The notes beneath the pieces are model-generated. The model was given only the letters and a program-made list of their open reading frames with translations, did not search any database and was not told where the DNA came from. Shown here piece by piece: positions 7,516 to 17,174 of a stretch of DNA of 31,096 nt. The DNA is from a virus (lineage: Duplodnaviria; Caudoviricetes): the IMG/VR virus record IMGVR_UViG_3300010052_000199, positions 1 through 31,096 of that record. One strand, given 5' to 3'. Each line of letters starts with the position of its first letter. The first letter of the stretch is position 1. The position numbers were made by a program, and so were the translations under genes.

Positions 7516-8436
7516 ATGGCTTATAATGTTGACAACTTAACTAATTACGTTGACGAACAAAGATTCCCGCTTTTAAAAGCGGCCGTGATGGGTGCTAAAA
7601 CGGCCCAGCTATTTGAAGTGCAAGCAGGTATTAAACATACAGCAGCACTTAATTACTTAAACACAAGTGTTGTTTTTCAAAACGATACAGAAGGTGCATC
7701 AACTGCTGGAGGTGGTGAAAGTACTTTTACACAAAGGTACATTACCGTTAGTCCGATATGCGTTAGAGAATTCTACGACCCTAAAAAATTAAATAATTTC
7801 TATACTCAAAGCCAACTTAAGGCTGGTTCTGCTGATGATGAATTAGCATTTGAGAAGGAAATAATGGAAGGCATAATTGAGCAAATCACTGAAAAGAATG
7901 AAATTGCTCTATGGCAAGGTAACACTACTCTAACTGGAGCTAGTAATTCTAACCTGAACAAGTTTGACGGTTATATCAAATTGATTGATGCTGAGCCAAG
8001 TGTTGTGAAAGTTACTGGAACAACTCTTACAACGCAGAATATTATTGAAAAAATAGATGCAATCTATCAAAACATACCTGTAAAAGTGCTTAAAGCAAGC
8101 GATATGACAATCCTTATGGGCGATGACCTTTACAGAACATACACAATCGCATTAAAAAATCAAAATATGTTCCATTATACTCAAGACGGTGGAGATTCAT
8201 TTGTATTGCCAGGCACTCAAGTTAAGGTACAATCAGTGCCAGGTCTTGTTGGTACAGGCAGAGTATTCGCAATGAGACTTTCAAATGGTGTTGTAGGTTG
8301 TGACCTTCAAGGTGAAGAGGATGATGCTAATGCAATCTACCTTCCTTATGAAGAAAAAGTGAAAATCAAAGTAGCTTGGAAATACGGGACTCAAATCAAA
8401 TTCCCTGCTGAAATCGTTACTTATAAAGCTAACTAA
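7516..8436 (+). CDS. Major capsid protein
   Basis: 306 aa directly after the protease/scaffold; FTQRYITV, ALWQG, FDGYIKLI motifs resemble Bacteroidota phage capsids; followed by a terminator. Confidence 0.85.
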   Translation: MAYNVDNLTNYVDEQRFPLLKAAVMGAKTAQLFEVQAGIKHTAALNYLNTSVVFQNDTEGASTAGGGESTFTQRYITVSPICVREFYDPKKLNNFYTQSQLKAGSADDELAFEKEIMEGIIEQITEKNEIALWQGNTTLTGASNSNLNKFDGYIKLIDAEPSVVKVTGTTLTTQNIIEKIDAIYQNIPVKVLKASDMTILMGDDLYRTYTIALKNQNMFHYTQDGGDSFVLPGTQVKVQSVPGLVGTGRVFAMRLSNGVVGCDLQGEEDDANAIYLPYEEKVKIKVAWKYGTQIKFPAEIVTYKAN

Positions 8437-8440
8437 ATAA

Positions 8441-8474
8441 AGAAAACTGGGGGCGGTTATAACCCCCATTTTCT
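8441..8474 (+). terminator. Intrinsic terminator after the capsid gene
   Basis: AGAAAA-C-TGGGGG-loop-CCCCCA-TTTTCT. Confidence 0.7.
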
Positions 8475-8517
8475 AATATTAGAATCAATAACATAAAGAA
8501 TAGACACACATATATAA

Positions 8518-9096
8518 ATGGAATGTATTCCTAAATTAATAAACAATATTGCCTTTGGTTGTGACCCATCTGTGAGAGCCAAAGCTGGTTTAGAAACCAG
8601 AGCGATAATTATAAACAAGTCTGACATTGACCTAGCAGCATTAACTACTTCTGGGGCCTCTATAACAAATATTTCTTTGGTTTCAGGTGCTACGGCATAC
8701 TCGATTGATTGGATAAAACAATTGGGGTCGGCAACTTCTGCATTTGCAGCGAATGATTCTGGTCTTGATACATTTACTCATGGCTTTGCTTGCCGTGTTT
8801 TCGGTCAGGGTGCGAAGGATGCCGAAACTATTAGCCAGTTGAGCAGAGGTGAATTCCTTGTAATAGCTGAAGGTAAATGGAAGGGAGAAAATAATACTGA
8901 GGCATTTAGAGTATTTGGTCTTGAAAATGGGCTAAGAATGACCGAAGGTGCTTACTCAACCCTCGAAAATGATGGCTCTTTTGTATTCACATTGTCTTCA
9001 ATGGAAGGCTTTGGTGAGACATATCCTTACCAAGTATGGAAAGAGGGAGCTTATTCAGTGCTTAAAGCCAAGTTCGACAACCTCATGGTTGACTAA
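8518..9096 (+). CDS. Probable major tail (tube) protein
   Basis: 192 aa, beta-rich, VFGLENGL motif; flanked by terminators as expected for an abundant virion protein. Confidence 0.6.
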   Translation: MECIPKLINNIAFGCDPSVRAKAGLETRAIIINKSDIDLAALTTSGASITNISLVSGATAYSIDWIKQLGSATSAFAANDSGLDTFTHGFACRVFGQGAKDAETISQLSRGEFLVIAEGKWKGENNTEAFRVFGLENGLRMTEGAYSTLENDGSFVFTLSSMEGFGETYPYQVWKEGAYSVLKAKFDNLMVD

Positions 9097-9125
9097 TAAC
9101 TAGACATAAAAGAAAGGAGATAAAG

Positions 9126-9159
9126 AAGGTGGTGGTTGTAATGGCTACCACCTTTTTTT
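9126..9159 (+). terminator. Intrinsic terminator
   Basis: AAGGTGGTGGTTG / TGGCTACCACCTT stem with G-U pairs, then a T-run. Confidence 0.8.
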
Positions 9160-9173
9160 CTAACGTTAAAAAT

Positions 9174-9422
9174 ATGGGATGTACAAAATGTAAAAAGAAG
9201 ACTGCCATTTCAGCAAGCACCGATATTGAAATCATGTCAGTAGATGCAATTGCAGAGGTTGTTTCAGAATATAAATTAAGGGATGGGATTTCATTTGACC
9301 AGATTGGTCTCAACAATCCAAATCATGCGGAGATTGAAGCATTTCTAATGGTCAATCCTAACAGGAAAAGCTTATTTAAGCATTTGCCAGATAACATGAA
9401 AGCAGGAATGAGCAAAGAATAA
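9174..9422 (+). CDS. Small phage protein (82 aa)
   Basis: ATG at 9174 (MGCTKCKKK) lies after the terminator; TAATG overlap with the portal gene. Confidence 0.7.
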   Translation: MGCTKCKKKTAISASTDIEIMSVDAIAEVVSEYKLRDGISFDQIGLNNPNHAEIEAFLMVNPNRKSLFKHLPDNMKAGMSKE

Positions 9423-10561
9423 TGAAGGTTAAATTAATTGATATAGATAACAGGCTTGCTATAAAATACGATAAGACCGAAGGCATATTCAAATGGAGCG
9501 ATGACAATGCATATCCCCAGCTAATTAAAAGCCTCATCGGTAGCTCTGTTACTGCTAAAAATTGCGTTGACATCAATAGCAAGTATATTTATGGCAAGGG
9601 ATTTTCATTTGCTGGTAATAGCTCTATTGTAAATAAAAAGGGTCTGTCTTTAAATAAGCTATTTAGACAAGCTTCAAGAGAGTTCAGTGAACAAAATAAC
9701 TTATTCTTCCATGTCAATTATAACGCGCTCTATCAAATTACCAGCGTTGAATTGATTTCATGCTCCGAGGCAAGGATTGGTAAGAGTGATTCAACTGGTT
9801 ACAGCGGTAAAATTATAGTTTATGATAATTGGGACAAGAGCCGTGGTAAGAAGGTTGAGAAAAAGGATTTTGAATTATTCGATATTTTCAACCCCAACCC
9901 ATCTGTAATTGAAGCTCAAGTTGAGGCTGTTGGTGGATGGAACAAATATAAGGGCCAGATTCTTCATGTTACTAGTGATTTCAATGACGTTTATAGCCTT
10001 TCAGATGGTGATTCGGTAATCTATGACATGAATGCCGAGTTTAAGGCTTCGGTATTCAAAGAGGCTGCACTGAGGCGTGGAAACTTTGGTAGTAAAATCT
10101 TTATCACCAAGCCGTTTTCTGACGATTATGAGAGAAAGGATTTCGATAAAACAATTCAAAATCTTCTAGGGGTAGAAAATACAAATGGAGTTTTGACATT
10201 GGAAGCAAATAATGTATCTGATAACCTTGATGAGCAATTCATCATTAAGAATTTGGATAGTGATTTTGATGACCAAAAGGTTGCTTACACAGAAACAAGC
10301 TCAGCAAAGAAAATCATGCAGGCATTTGGAGTTCACCCAATACTTATTGGTAATGATGATTCAGCAACGCTCTTTGGAAATTCAGGTGAATTGTACAAGC
10401 AAGCTCAAATCACTCATTGGAACAACAAGGAAGAAGAAAGAGCAATTATTGTTGAAGCATTTGAGACAATTTTCTCAAAATGGCATGAACCGATTAACCC
10501 AGCTAATGACTGGACAATAACATCGATTATAGCACTAGAATCTAATGCAACAGATAATTAA
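9422..10561 (+). CDS. Portal protein
   Basis: WSDDNAYPQLI...SSVTAKNCV...YIYGKG N-terminus and IMQAFGVHPILIG portal-like motif; 379 aa. Confidence 0.85.
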   Translation: MKVKLIDIDNRLAIKYDKTEGIFKWSDDNAYPQLIKSLIGSSVTAKNCVDINSKYIYGKGFSFAGNSSIVNKKGLSLNKLFRQASREFSEQNNLFFHVNYNALYQITSVELISCSEARIGKSDSTGYSGKIIVYDNWDKSRGKKVEKKDFELFDIFNPNPSVIEAQVEAVGGWNKYKGQILHVTSDFNDVYSLSDGDSVIYDMNAEFKASVFKEAALRRGNFGSKIFITKPFSDDYERKDFDKTIQNLLGVENTNGVLTLEANNVSDNLDEQFIIKNLDSDFDDQKVAYTETSSAKKIMQAFGVHPILIGNDDSATLFGNSGELYKQAQITHWNNKEEERAIIVEAFETIFSKWHEPINPANDWTITSIIALESNATDN

Positions 10562-11072
10562 TATTGATGATATAAAGCTTCTGAAAGATATTGGTAAAAA
10601 GGTAGATGCGGATAAATTTAATCCAATCATTAAACAAGCTCATGATGACCTGAGAGAATACCTTGGAATCAATTTTTATTTTGATGTATTAGCAAATACT
10701 AGCACTCCTGAATATCAAGATTTATTGAGCGGTTCATGCTTCACAATCGCAGGCCAGCACCCGCAAATTACCTACTATCAGGAAGGTCTTAAAGCAATGA
10801 TGATTGACCTTTTCATGGCAAGGTATATTACACAGCTAAATACTAATATTACCCCATTTGGAGCGACTGTGAAGCATTCAGATAATAGTGAGCCAGCTGA
10901 CCGTGCCACACTTCAAGACAGGTCAAAAGAACAATCCCAAATGGCTGGCTCTAAGTGGGAGTTGATTAAAATGTACCTCACTGAGAAAGCCGACACTTTC
11001 AAAGCATATAACACCTGCTCCAACACAATTACCACAGGTGAGAGAAAAATGAAATTAAGGAGAATAGCATAA
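10545..11072 (+). CDS. Head-tail adaptor-like protein (DUF6712-like)
   Basis: Follows portal; IKQAHDDLREYLG...YQDLLSG...GLKAM pattern. Confidence 0.6.
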   Translation: MQQIINIDDIKLLKDIGKKVDADKFNPIIKQAHDDLREYLGINFYFDVLANTSTPEYQDLLSGSCFTIAGQHPQITYYQEGLKAMMIDLFMARYITQLNTNITPFGATVKHSDNSEPADRATLQDRSKEQSQMAGSKWELIKMYLTEKADTFKAYNTCSNTITTGERKMKLRRIA

Positions 11073-12277
11073 TGCAAGTATTTCAAAACATTGATGCCAA
11101 GACCTTCACATACAACAATAAAAAGTATGTGAAGAATTTCATTTTGATGGCGATTGGTGATACACATGTGAGCGCATATAATGCTTTTGATGTAAAGCTC
11201 CAGCTATTACCACCAACACATTTTTCTGATGTAAGAGTTAATGGCCTTGATTATCCTACACAAACTCAATTGATGAATGTGCTGGCCCCGATAATCTTTG
11301 CAAAATCAGTTGAAAATGACCCATTACTACCATCATGGGGAACAATAACAGGCCTGCTCTCCAGCCAAACAGATTTGAATAATGCCTTGGCTGGGAAATT
11401 CAATATTCCAACTGGAACCACCGCCCAATATGTCAGAGGAAATGGAACACTTGCTACACTGCCCGCTGCCGCGATTTGGGGAAATATCACAGGTTCAATT
11501 TCTGGTCAGACTGATTTAGTAGGGAGCTTAAACAGTAAGCTTAACAAAAGTGGAAATACTGAATTTGAAAGGTTATCTGAATTGTCAGACATTCATTCAC
11601 CAGTATTATTTACCAGAACTGGTTCCCTAGCACGAAGTAATTCTTTAAGCTGGGATGAAGGTGTAAAGAAGCTAACAATTAAAGGTACACAGGCTATTTG
11701 GGAAGCTTCATCCGAAGTAACTTCTGGCAATATGGGAATTAAAGCTCTGTCAGGAGCAGCAGAATCATTTAAGATATTCGATAATTTCGGTAATTTCTTT
11801 TCAACTGGGACAATTAGCGGAAAGAAACAAACAAGAGTTTTTACGCCCTTTAGGTTAGTAAATGGGGTTTCATATTCCGAAACTGAATATAAAACAGTTG
11901 AGGCTTTGGGTGATACCGTACCAGTTGCTACTACAATTAAGGAAATTCAAGTACCACTGAATACACATGTGACAATTGATGTAAACAACATCAATATTGT
12001 AAATGTGGATAGTAAATCAATTATTGGTTCGGCCCAGTTTTCAGTAAAAAATGAAGGTGGTACAGTCACATCAACTAGTAGGGATGATTTAAGATATGGC
12101 AGACAATGGTCTTATATAAGAAATACCCCTAATTATGTTACCAGTGCTGATACAAGGATTGACCTTTCAATATCTGGTACAACTGCTAAAATCGAATTCA
12201 TTAACAATGTAAACAAGGTAACCAATGTGCATTGTGAAATCAAGCATAACTTAACTGAAATACCAACGACTATATAA
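11072..12277 (+). CDS. Fibre/appendage-like structural protein
   Basis: Internal repeat WGTITGLLSSQTDL / WGNITGSISGQTDL and PTGTTAQYVRGNGTLA fibre-shaft-like motif; beta-rich C-terminus. Confidence 0.6.
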   Translation: MQVFQNIDAKTFTYNNKKYVKNFILMAIGDTHVSAYNAFDVKLQLLPPTHFSDVRVNGLDYPTQTQLMNVLAPIIFAKSVENDPLLPSWGTITGLLSSQTDLNNALAGKFNIPTGTTAQYVRGNGTLATLPAAAIWGNITGSISGQTDLVGSLNSKLNKSGNTEFERLSELSDIHSPVLFTRTGSLARSNSLSWDEGVKKLTIKGTQAIWEASSEVTSGNMGIKALSGAAESFKIFDNFGNFFSTGTISGKKQTRVFTPFRLVNGVSYSETEYKTVEALGDTVPVATTIKEIQVPLNTHVTIDVNNINIVNVDSKSIIGSAQFSVKNEGGTVTSTSRDDLRYGRQWSYIRNTPNYVTSADTRIDLSISGTTAKIEFINNVNKVTNVHCEIKHNLTEIPTTI

Positions 12278-13143
12278 TGAATATTATTCAAGGATTACAA
12301 GTACAAGGATTGTCTTTAAGTACAGAGGAAAACTTTAATAGTATCCCAGGACTCACTCTCTGGATGGATGGTTCAGAGAGAAGACAGGATTATGCTGGTT
12401 TACCAAACGAGACACAATATTGGCAATCAAAGAAGGAACCATTTACCCAGTTCAGTATGTTTTCGGCAAATAGTTTCAGACCAGTAGGTCTGATATTTAG
12501 TGACCCCAAATGTGTTAGAACAATAACAAAGCAACTTACTCCAGAGGGTACAATTTTACGTGGTGCGCGTTTTAACACAGGAAATAATAATGGTATGTAT
12601 TCATTCATAAACAGTGGTGGTGCATTCGGTATATATTTAATCAGTCGATATAATTCACCTGTGGCCCTTCCAGATGCAGCAATTTCACCAATTATATTTG
12701 GTTCAAATACTACTGGTAATTCACAAGTACGTATCAATTACAGGATTAACGCAACAGCTGGTAATAGTTACAGAGTGGCATTTGCAGATAATGGTACTAC
12801 ATTTTATCAAATTTCACCAAACGGTAGTAGTATATTACCTATCAATCAAATTAATTCTTTCAGATACTTATTTAAGGGAAATGGGGTATCAAATAATCAT
12901 TCAGTATTTATTAATAATGCCAGTTCATTTACAGGTACACAAGACCTTGCATTTACACCAACTAATAATGTTACTGGGCCACAGTTAAATATTGCTGAAA
13001 ATCAAATTCAATTGGATAGATTAATTACACTTGAAGGTTATATGGTATTGGTATATAATTTTAATGGTATTAGTCCTACAGTTATTGATGATTATGACCT
13101 GAGAATAAGGACCCTTTTAGAAAAATATAAATTGACATTATAA
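12277..13143 (+). CDS. Putative lectin-like / receptor-binding virion protein
   Basis: IPGLTLWMDGS N-terminal motif seen in phage LamG-like domains; N/S/T/G-rich beta composition. Confidence 0.45.
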   Translation: MNIIQGLQVQGLSLSTEENFNSIPGLTLWMDGSERRQDYAGLPNETQYWQSKKEPFTQFSMFSANSFRPVGLIFSDPKCVRTITKQLTPEGTILRGARFNTGNNNGMYSFINSGGAFGIYLISRYNSPVALPDAAISPIIFGSNTTGNSQVRINYRINATAGNSYRVAFADNGTTFYQISPNGSSILPINQINSFRYLFKGNGVSNNHSVFINNASSFTGTQDLAFTPTNNVTGPQLNIAENQIQLDRLITLEGYMVLVYNFNGISPTVIDDYDLRIRTLLEKYKLTL

Positions 13144-13511
13144 TGGAAATAACTGCACAAAACGGCAAAACCTATGAAATTAGGTTTGATAATCTTGAGA
13201 ATATTGAGATTGAGAGGGACGATGAAATTACTGGATTAAGGAAGGTATTTGTTTTTCAAGATATTTCAATAGGAAATTTTGAAAGTGGTAGAAAAGAAGT
13301 GATATTTTATAGTTATGACATTTCTCCAACGGGCGAGAGAATAAACAAAGAAAGGCATAACTATTATGATACGGAAAATGAATTTGCATCCTTCCTCAAT
13401 TCTCATATATGGCAAAGCCTCACATCTCTTATAATTGGAGATTTTTTCAAAAAGATAGAATTCACCCATTTAGAAAATAATATAGAAAATAATACAGATA
13501 AATCAGAATGA
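13143..13511 (+). CDS. Hypothetical phage protein
   Basis: Coupled by TAATG and ATGA overlaps on both sides. Confidence 0.7.
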   Translation: MEITAQNGKTYEIRFDNLENIEIERDDEITGLRKVFVFQDISIGNFESGRKEVIFYSYDISPTGERINKERHNYYDTENEFASFLNSHIWQSLTSLIIGDFFKKIEFTHLENNIENNTDKSE

Positions 13512-13747
13512 TAGAGCAATTAGGTGGCTGGCTGCTTCAGCAATCTCCTGTTATCGTGGTTATGGGAGTAGTAATTTGGTGGCTGGCAAAAAGGCTGGAA
13601 AAATCTCAAGATGAGAAAGATACCCTTTCAAAAGATGTGATACGCCTTACCACTATTTGGGAAGAAAAATACGAGCAAGAGACAAATAAGGATGAAGAAA
13701 TAATTTCTCTTTTGACCGATATAAAAACGATTGTTTCAAGCCGATGA
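13508..13747 (+). CDS. Putative holin (single N-terminal TM plus coiled coil)
   Basis: LLQQSPVIVVMGVVIWWLA hydrophobic helix then charged tail; 79 aa. Confidence 0.5.
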   Translation: MIEQLGGWLLQQSPVIVVMGVVIWWLAKRLEKSQDEKDTLSKDVIRLTTIWEEKYEQETNKDEEIISLLTDIKTIVSSR

Positions 13748-13881
13748 AATTGTTTAAAACAATATTCTCCCAGAGAGATTGCTGCACTTACAGAGAGGCT
13801 TTAGAGAAGCTTAACCACGTAAAAAGACTGCTTGAGACACCAGCTTATAAGCAGATTTACATAACTGAATTCCATGATTAA
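13744..13881 (+). CDS. Small ORF (45 aa) below the ORF-track cutoff
   Basis: MKLFKTIFSQRDCCTYREALEKLNHVKRLLETPAYKQIYITEFHD; ATGA overlap with the putative holin and ends at the terminator. Confidence 0.55.
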   Translation: MKLFKTIFSQRDCCTYREALEKLNHVKRLLETPAYKQIYITEFHD

Positions 13882-13913
13882 TAAATAATGCCCGGGAACG
13901 GGCATTATTTATT
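13880..13913. terminator. Bidirectional intrinsic terminator
   Basis: Perfect 15-bp stem AATAAATAATGCCCG-GGAA-CGGGCATTATTTATT. Confidence 0.85.
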
Positions 13914-13923
13914 TGTATCAACT

Positions 13924-13955
13924 CTTTACTTCTGACCCATTTGACACTATTATTT
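13924..13955 (+). promoter_or_regulatory. Element-specific motif A (putative late promoter) upstream of the terminase/tail operon
   Basis: CTTTACTT-N10-TGACACTATTATTT directly after a terminator. Confidence 0.7.
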
Positions 13956-13977
13956 CCTTAGACAGAAATAAATAATA

Positions 13978-14559
13978 ATGGATAATAAAAAGCCAAAAAG
14001 GAAAAATAAGCTTGGAGCAGGGAGGCCTTTCAAAATGAAAATATGGGTTGAAGCTTTGAAAAAAGTAATCGATGAGAGAAAGGTTGCTTTCCTAACTCAG
14101 ACCGAATTAGTGTTTTTGGTTAATAAAGAAATTGAGGACAAGAATTGCCACATCACTGAACGAACTCTGAGAAATTGGGCTTCTGGTAAAACCGACCCCA
14201 AGGATGATGAAGTGGCTGATGAATTTCTTGACCTGTATAAAACTGCCCTAATTGAGCAAAAACTAGCGATTGTAGATAATATAATGGCGGGAAATGATAA
14301 ACTCTGGTACAGGTTCGGGTGGCTTGCAGAAAGGGTATTTTCTGAACAATTCAACCTCAAGCAAATTACCGAGGTAAAGCATACAAGCAACCAGCCGATA
14401 ATTCAAATACAAGCATCTAATGATGAACAAATCAAGTTGATTGATAACATTATCAACGGTGATAGCAGGGAAACTATTGATGCAGATTTCGAGATTGTTG
14501 AGCCGATAAAACTCCAAGTCAAGAATGATAATGAAAAGAAAGAAGAATATGATTTTTGA
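13978..14559 (+). CDS. terS: Terminase small subunit (probable)
   Basis: GAGRP N-terminal motif, HTH-like ITERTLRNW, WLAER; overlaps the large subunit start. Confidence 0.7.
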   Translation: MDNKKPKRKNKLGAGRPFKMKIWVEALKKVIDERKVAFLTQTELVFLVNKEIEDKNCHITERTLRNWASGKTDPKDDEVADEFLDLYKTALIEQKLAIVDNIMAGNDKLWYRFGWLAERVFSEQFNLKQITEVKHTSNQPIIQIQASNDEQIKLIDNIINGDSRETIDADFEIVEPIKLQVKNDNEKKEEYDF

Positions 14560-15722
14560 CACCAACAACCTGCTTCAACAAAATAGCATCTCTCACCAAG
14601 CCAATCCGAATTGTTCAGGGTGGAACCAGCGCGGGAAAGACTTATAGCATACTTCAATATCTCATTTATTTTGCGCTCAAGCGTGACCTTACAATAAGTA
14701 TCGTAGCTGAAAGTGTTCCAGTTCTAAAAAGAGGTGCTTACAAAGATTTCATATCGATATTGAAGAACCTAAATCTTTATGATGAGGCGAATCACAACCT
14801 TACCGATAGGAAGTACCAGCTTGGTAAGTCAACCTTTGAGTTTTTTGGTGCTGATAATCCTGATGGTCTTAGAGGTGGTAGAAGGGATGTACTTTTCATC
14901 AATGAATGTAATAATGTATCATTCGATGCTTACCAAGAACTATCAGTAAGGACAAAGCTTTTCACGTTTCTTGACTTCAACCCAACGGCCCCATTTTGGG
15001 CCACAACGGAATTGATTGACGATGAGAAAGCAGAACATCTTATTGTTACTTATAAAGACAATGAATTTCTTGAACAGAAAATCATAGATGAGATTGAGAG
15101 CTGGGAGATTAAGGGTGAATCAAGTGATTACTATGCCAATCGCTGGAGAGTGATGGGTCTTGGTCTTCTTGGTAAACAAGAAGGAGCAATAATTTCGGAT
15201 TGGAGCGAGATTAATGAATTACCAGCAGATGCTCAACTTATTGCCAGCGGCCTTGACTGGGGCTACTCAAATGACCCAACAACATTGGTTTCACTGTACC
15301 GCTATAACGGTGAACTCATTGTTGATGAAAAGCTCTATCTAAAGGGTTTGCTCAATAGCCAAATATCTGAAAAGGTTAAAGCTACAGATGCCAAGGATAA
15401 TATCATATACGCTGATAGTGCCGAACCTAAATCAATCGCTGAACTAAGGAATTACGGTTTATCAGTATTACCAGTTATAAAGGGTAAGGATAGCATCAAT
15501 TACGGATTATCCTTAATTCAGGAGCAGCCGATAAAAGTGACATCAAGAAGTGTCAACTTAATTAAAGAGTTACTGAATTACACTTGGGCCAAGGATAAAA
15601 ATGGAACGCCTTTGAATGTGCCGATTGACGCTTTCAACCACGCAATTGATGCCTTGCGATACATCTTCCTGATGAAGTTTGGGAATCAAAATACAAACTT
15701 TTCACTCAAATGGAGAAGATAA
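14556..15722 (+). CDS. terL: Terminase large subunit (PBSX/SPP1-like)
   Basis: Walker A QGGTSAGKT, LFINEC, DFNP, GLDWGYSNDP, ADSAEPKSI, NHAIDALRY. Confidence 0.95.
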   Translation: MTPTTCFNKIASLTKPIRIVQGGTSAGKTYSILQYLIYFALKRDLTISIVAESVPVLKRGAYKDFISILKNLNLYDEANHNLTDRKYQLGKSTFEFFGADNPDGLRGGRRDVLFINECNNVSFDAYQELSVRTKLFTFLDFNPTAPFWATTELIDDEKAEHLIVTYKDNEFLEQKIIDEIESWEIKGESSDYYANRWRVMGLGLLGKQEGAIISDWSEINELPADAQLIASGLDWGYSNDPTTLVSLYRYNGELIVDEKLYLKGLLNSQISEKVKATDAKDNIIYADSAEPKSIAELRNYGLSVLPVIKGKDSINYGLSLIQEQPIKVTSRSVNLIKELLNYTWAKDKNGTPLNVPIDAFNHAIDALRYIFLMKFGNQNTNFSLKWRR

Positions 15723-16303
15723 CCGATTACAGACTGAAAGATTTTCTAGCTCTGGGAGATGAACAATTGGTAAACGATTACATTCAAGTACTTGAGTTAT
15801 TACCAGCAGTTGATGAAGTTAATGACCCTGTACATCCAAGCTTCGGGAAACTCAAAATATGCCCCGCTAAAAACCTTTCACTTGCCGAGGTCATCACATT
15901 AAGGAACTTATTGAATGATGGCAGTATTGAGGCTATAATTGAAGCTGTTAGCATTGTAACAAAGCTGCCGATTGAATCGGTTTGGAACTTTACAATTGTG
16001 CCATTTTACTCTATCATTAATGGGATTGTTGCTCAGCTTATTGAACTTGGAAACATGGAACAAAATGAGCTTTCCAGTGAGGATGATGACATTGTTATGA
16101 TTGAGGCCCAGGCATCGGAACGCATGGCGAAATATGGAATCCTTAATACGATAGATAGCCTTGCTGGTGGAGATATTCTGAAATGGAAAGAGATTGAGAG
16201 ATTGCCTTACATGGTTGTGTTTACTAAGCTAATGATGGAGAAGACAAAGGGTGAGATAATGCTGGATGTCAAAGCCATCCAGCAAAGGAAAAACAAATTT
16301 TAA
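15710..16303 (+). CDS. Phage protein, possible tail assembly chaperone
   Basis: YGILNTIDSLAGGDILKWKEI...LPY motif; position in the tail operon. Confidence 0.5.
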   Translation: MEKITDYRLKDFLALGDEQLVNDYIQVLELLPAVDEVNDPVHPSFGKLKICPAKNLSLAEVITLRNLLNDGSIEAIIEAVSIVTKLPIESVWNFTIVPFYSIINGIVAQLIELGNMEQNELSSEDDDIVMIEAQASERMAKYGILNTIDSLAGGDILKWKEIERLPYMVVFTKLMMEKTKGEIMLDVKAIQQRKNKF

Positions 16304-16704
16304 TGCACGATTTTTTTAAAAATATAGCAATAGAAAATACTTGGATTTTTGAATATGGCAGACAGGATTATTTAAATCTCCATGATATTGAAGAGGGCAA
16401 GGTTCACCTGATGGTTGAGCCAATTACCTCTGACAGCTCATTCAGTGATGCAGGCAATGAAACCCTAACGTATTCGGGCAATCTATTTCTTGTTAAGTCA
16501 TCTGACGTTGATGAAGAGTACAGCGATAAATATGAGCAGTACATCAAGCCTTTATTTAATGACATGAGGACGGTCTTAACAAGTGCTTTTACTTGCAGCT
16601 CAACCTTTGAATTGAAAGCTTTTAAATCAACTGAGGTAATCAATCTGTTTGACCAAAATTGTGATGGTCTTCTAATCAATTATACCGCTAAGCAACTTGA
16701 TTAA
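16303..16704 (+). CDS. Putative tail terminator / completion protein
   Basis: 133-aa acidic protein in neck position; coupled start. Confidence 0.45.
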   Translation: MHDFFKNIAIENTWIFEYGRQDYLNLHDIEEGKVHLMVEPITSDSSFSDAGNETLTYSGNLFLVKSSDVDEEYSDKYEQYIKPLFNDMRTVLTSAFTCSSTFELKAFKSTEVINLFDQNCDGLLINYTAKQLD

Positions 16705-16706
16705 CT

Positions 16707-17174
16707 ATGATGAGTAATGATGAGAACAGGCAGATTTTGCAGGAAGAAATGGAAAGCATTAAAAATGATATCATCCAACTCTATAATGCTTCTGGAAAGA
16801 AGTCCTCGGGCGAATTTGAGCAGGGCCTTAAAATTGATTACAACGGGCTTACCGCGGTGCTTCAGGGTTACACATATCTAGGTGGCAGAAGGGCTGGGAA
16901 AATGCCTCCTATCAGAGCTATTGAAGAATGGATTAGAGCAAAAGGAATACGACCTTTAGAAGATAGACTCAGCACTTCATCTCTTGCATTTTTAATTGCC
17001 AGAAAAATTGCTGAAAGAGGTACAGATAGGGATAAACACCTTAAGATTTATAATCAGGTCATCACACCCAAGCGCATCCAAAAGATATTGGATAGAGTTT
17101 CTCAGCTGAATGCAAATGCCTTTGTTCAAGAGGTGGTAGCAACAATAACAAAATCATTCAATGAATTTCAATGA
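16707..17174 (+). CDS. Neck / tail-completion protein (HK97 gp10-like)
   Basis: GRRAGKMPPIRAIEEWIRAKGI...LAFLIARKIAERGT motif. Confidence 0.6.
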   Translation: MMSNDENRQILQEEMESIKNDIIQLYNASGKKSSGEFEQGLKIDYNGLTAVLQGYTYLGGRRAGKMPPIRAIEEWIRAKGIRPLEDRLSTSSLAFLIARKIAERGTDRDKHLKIYNQVITPKRIQKILDRVSQLNANAFVQEVVATITKSFNEFQ

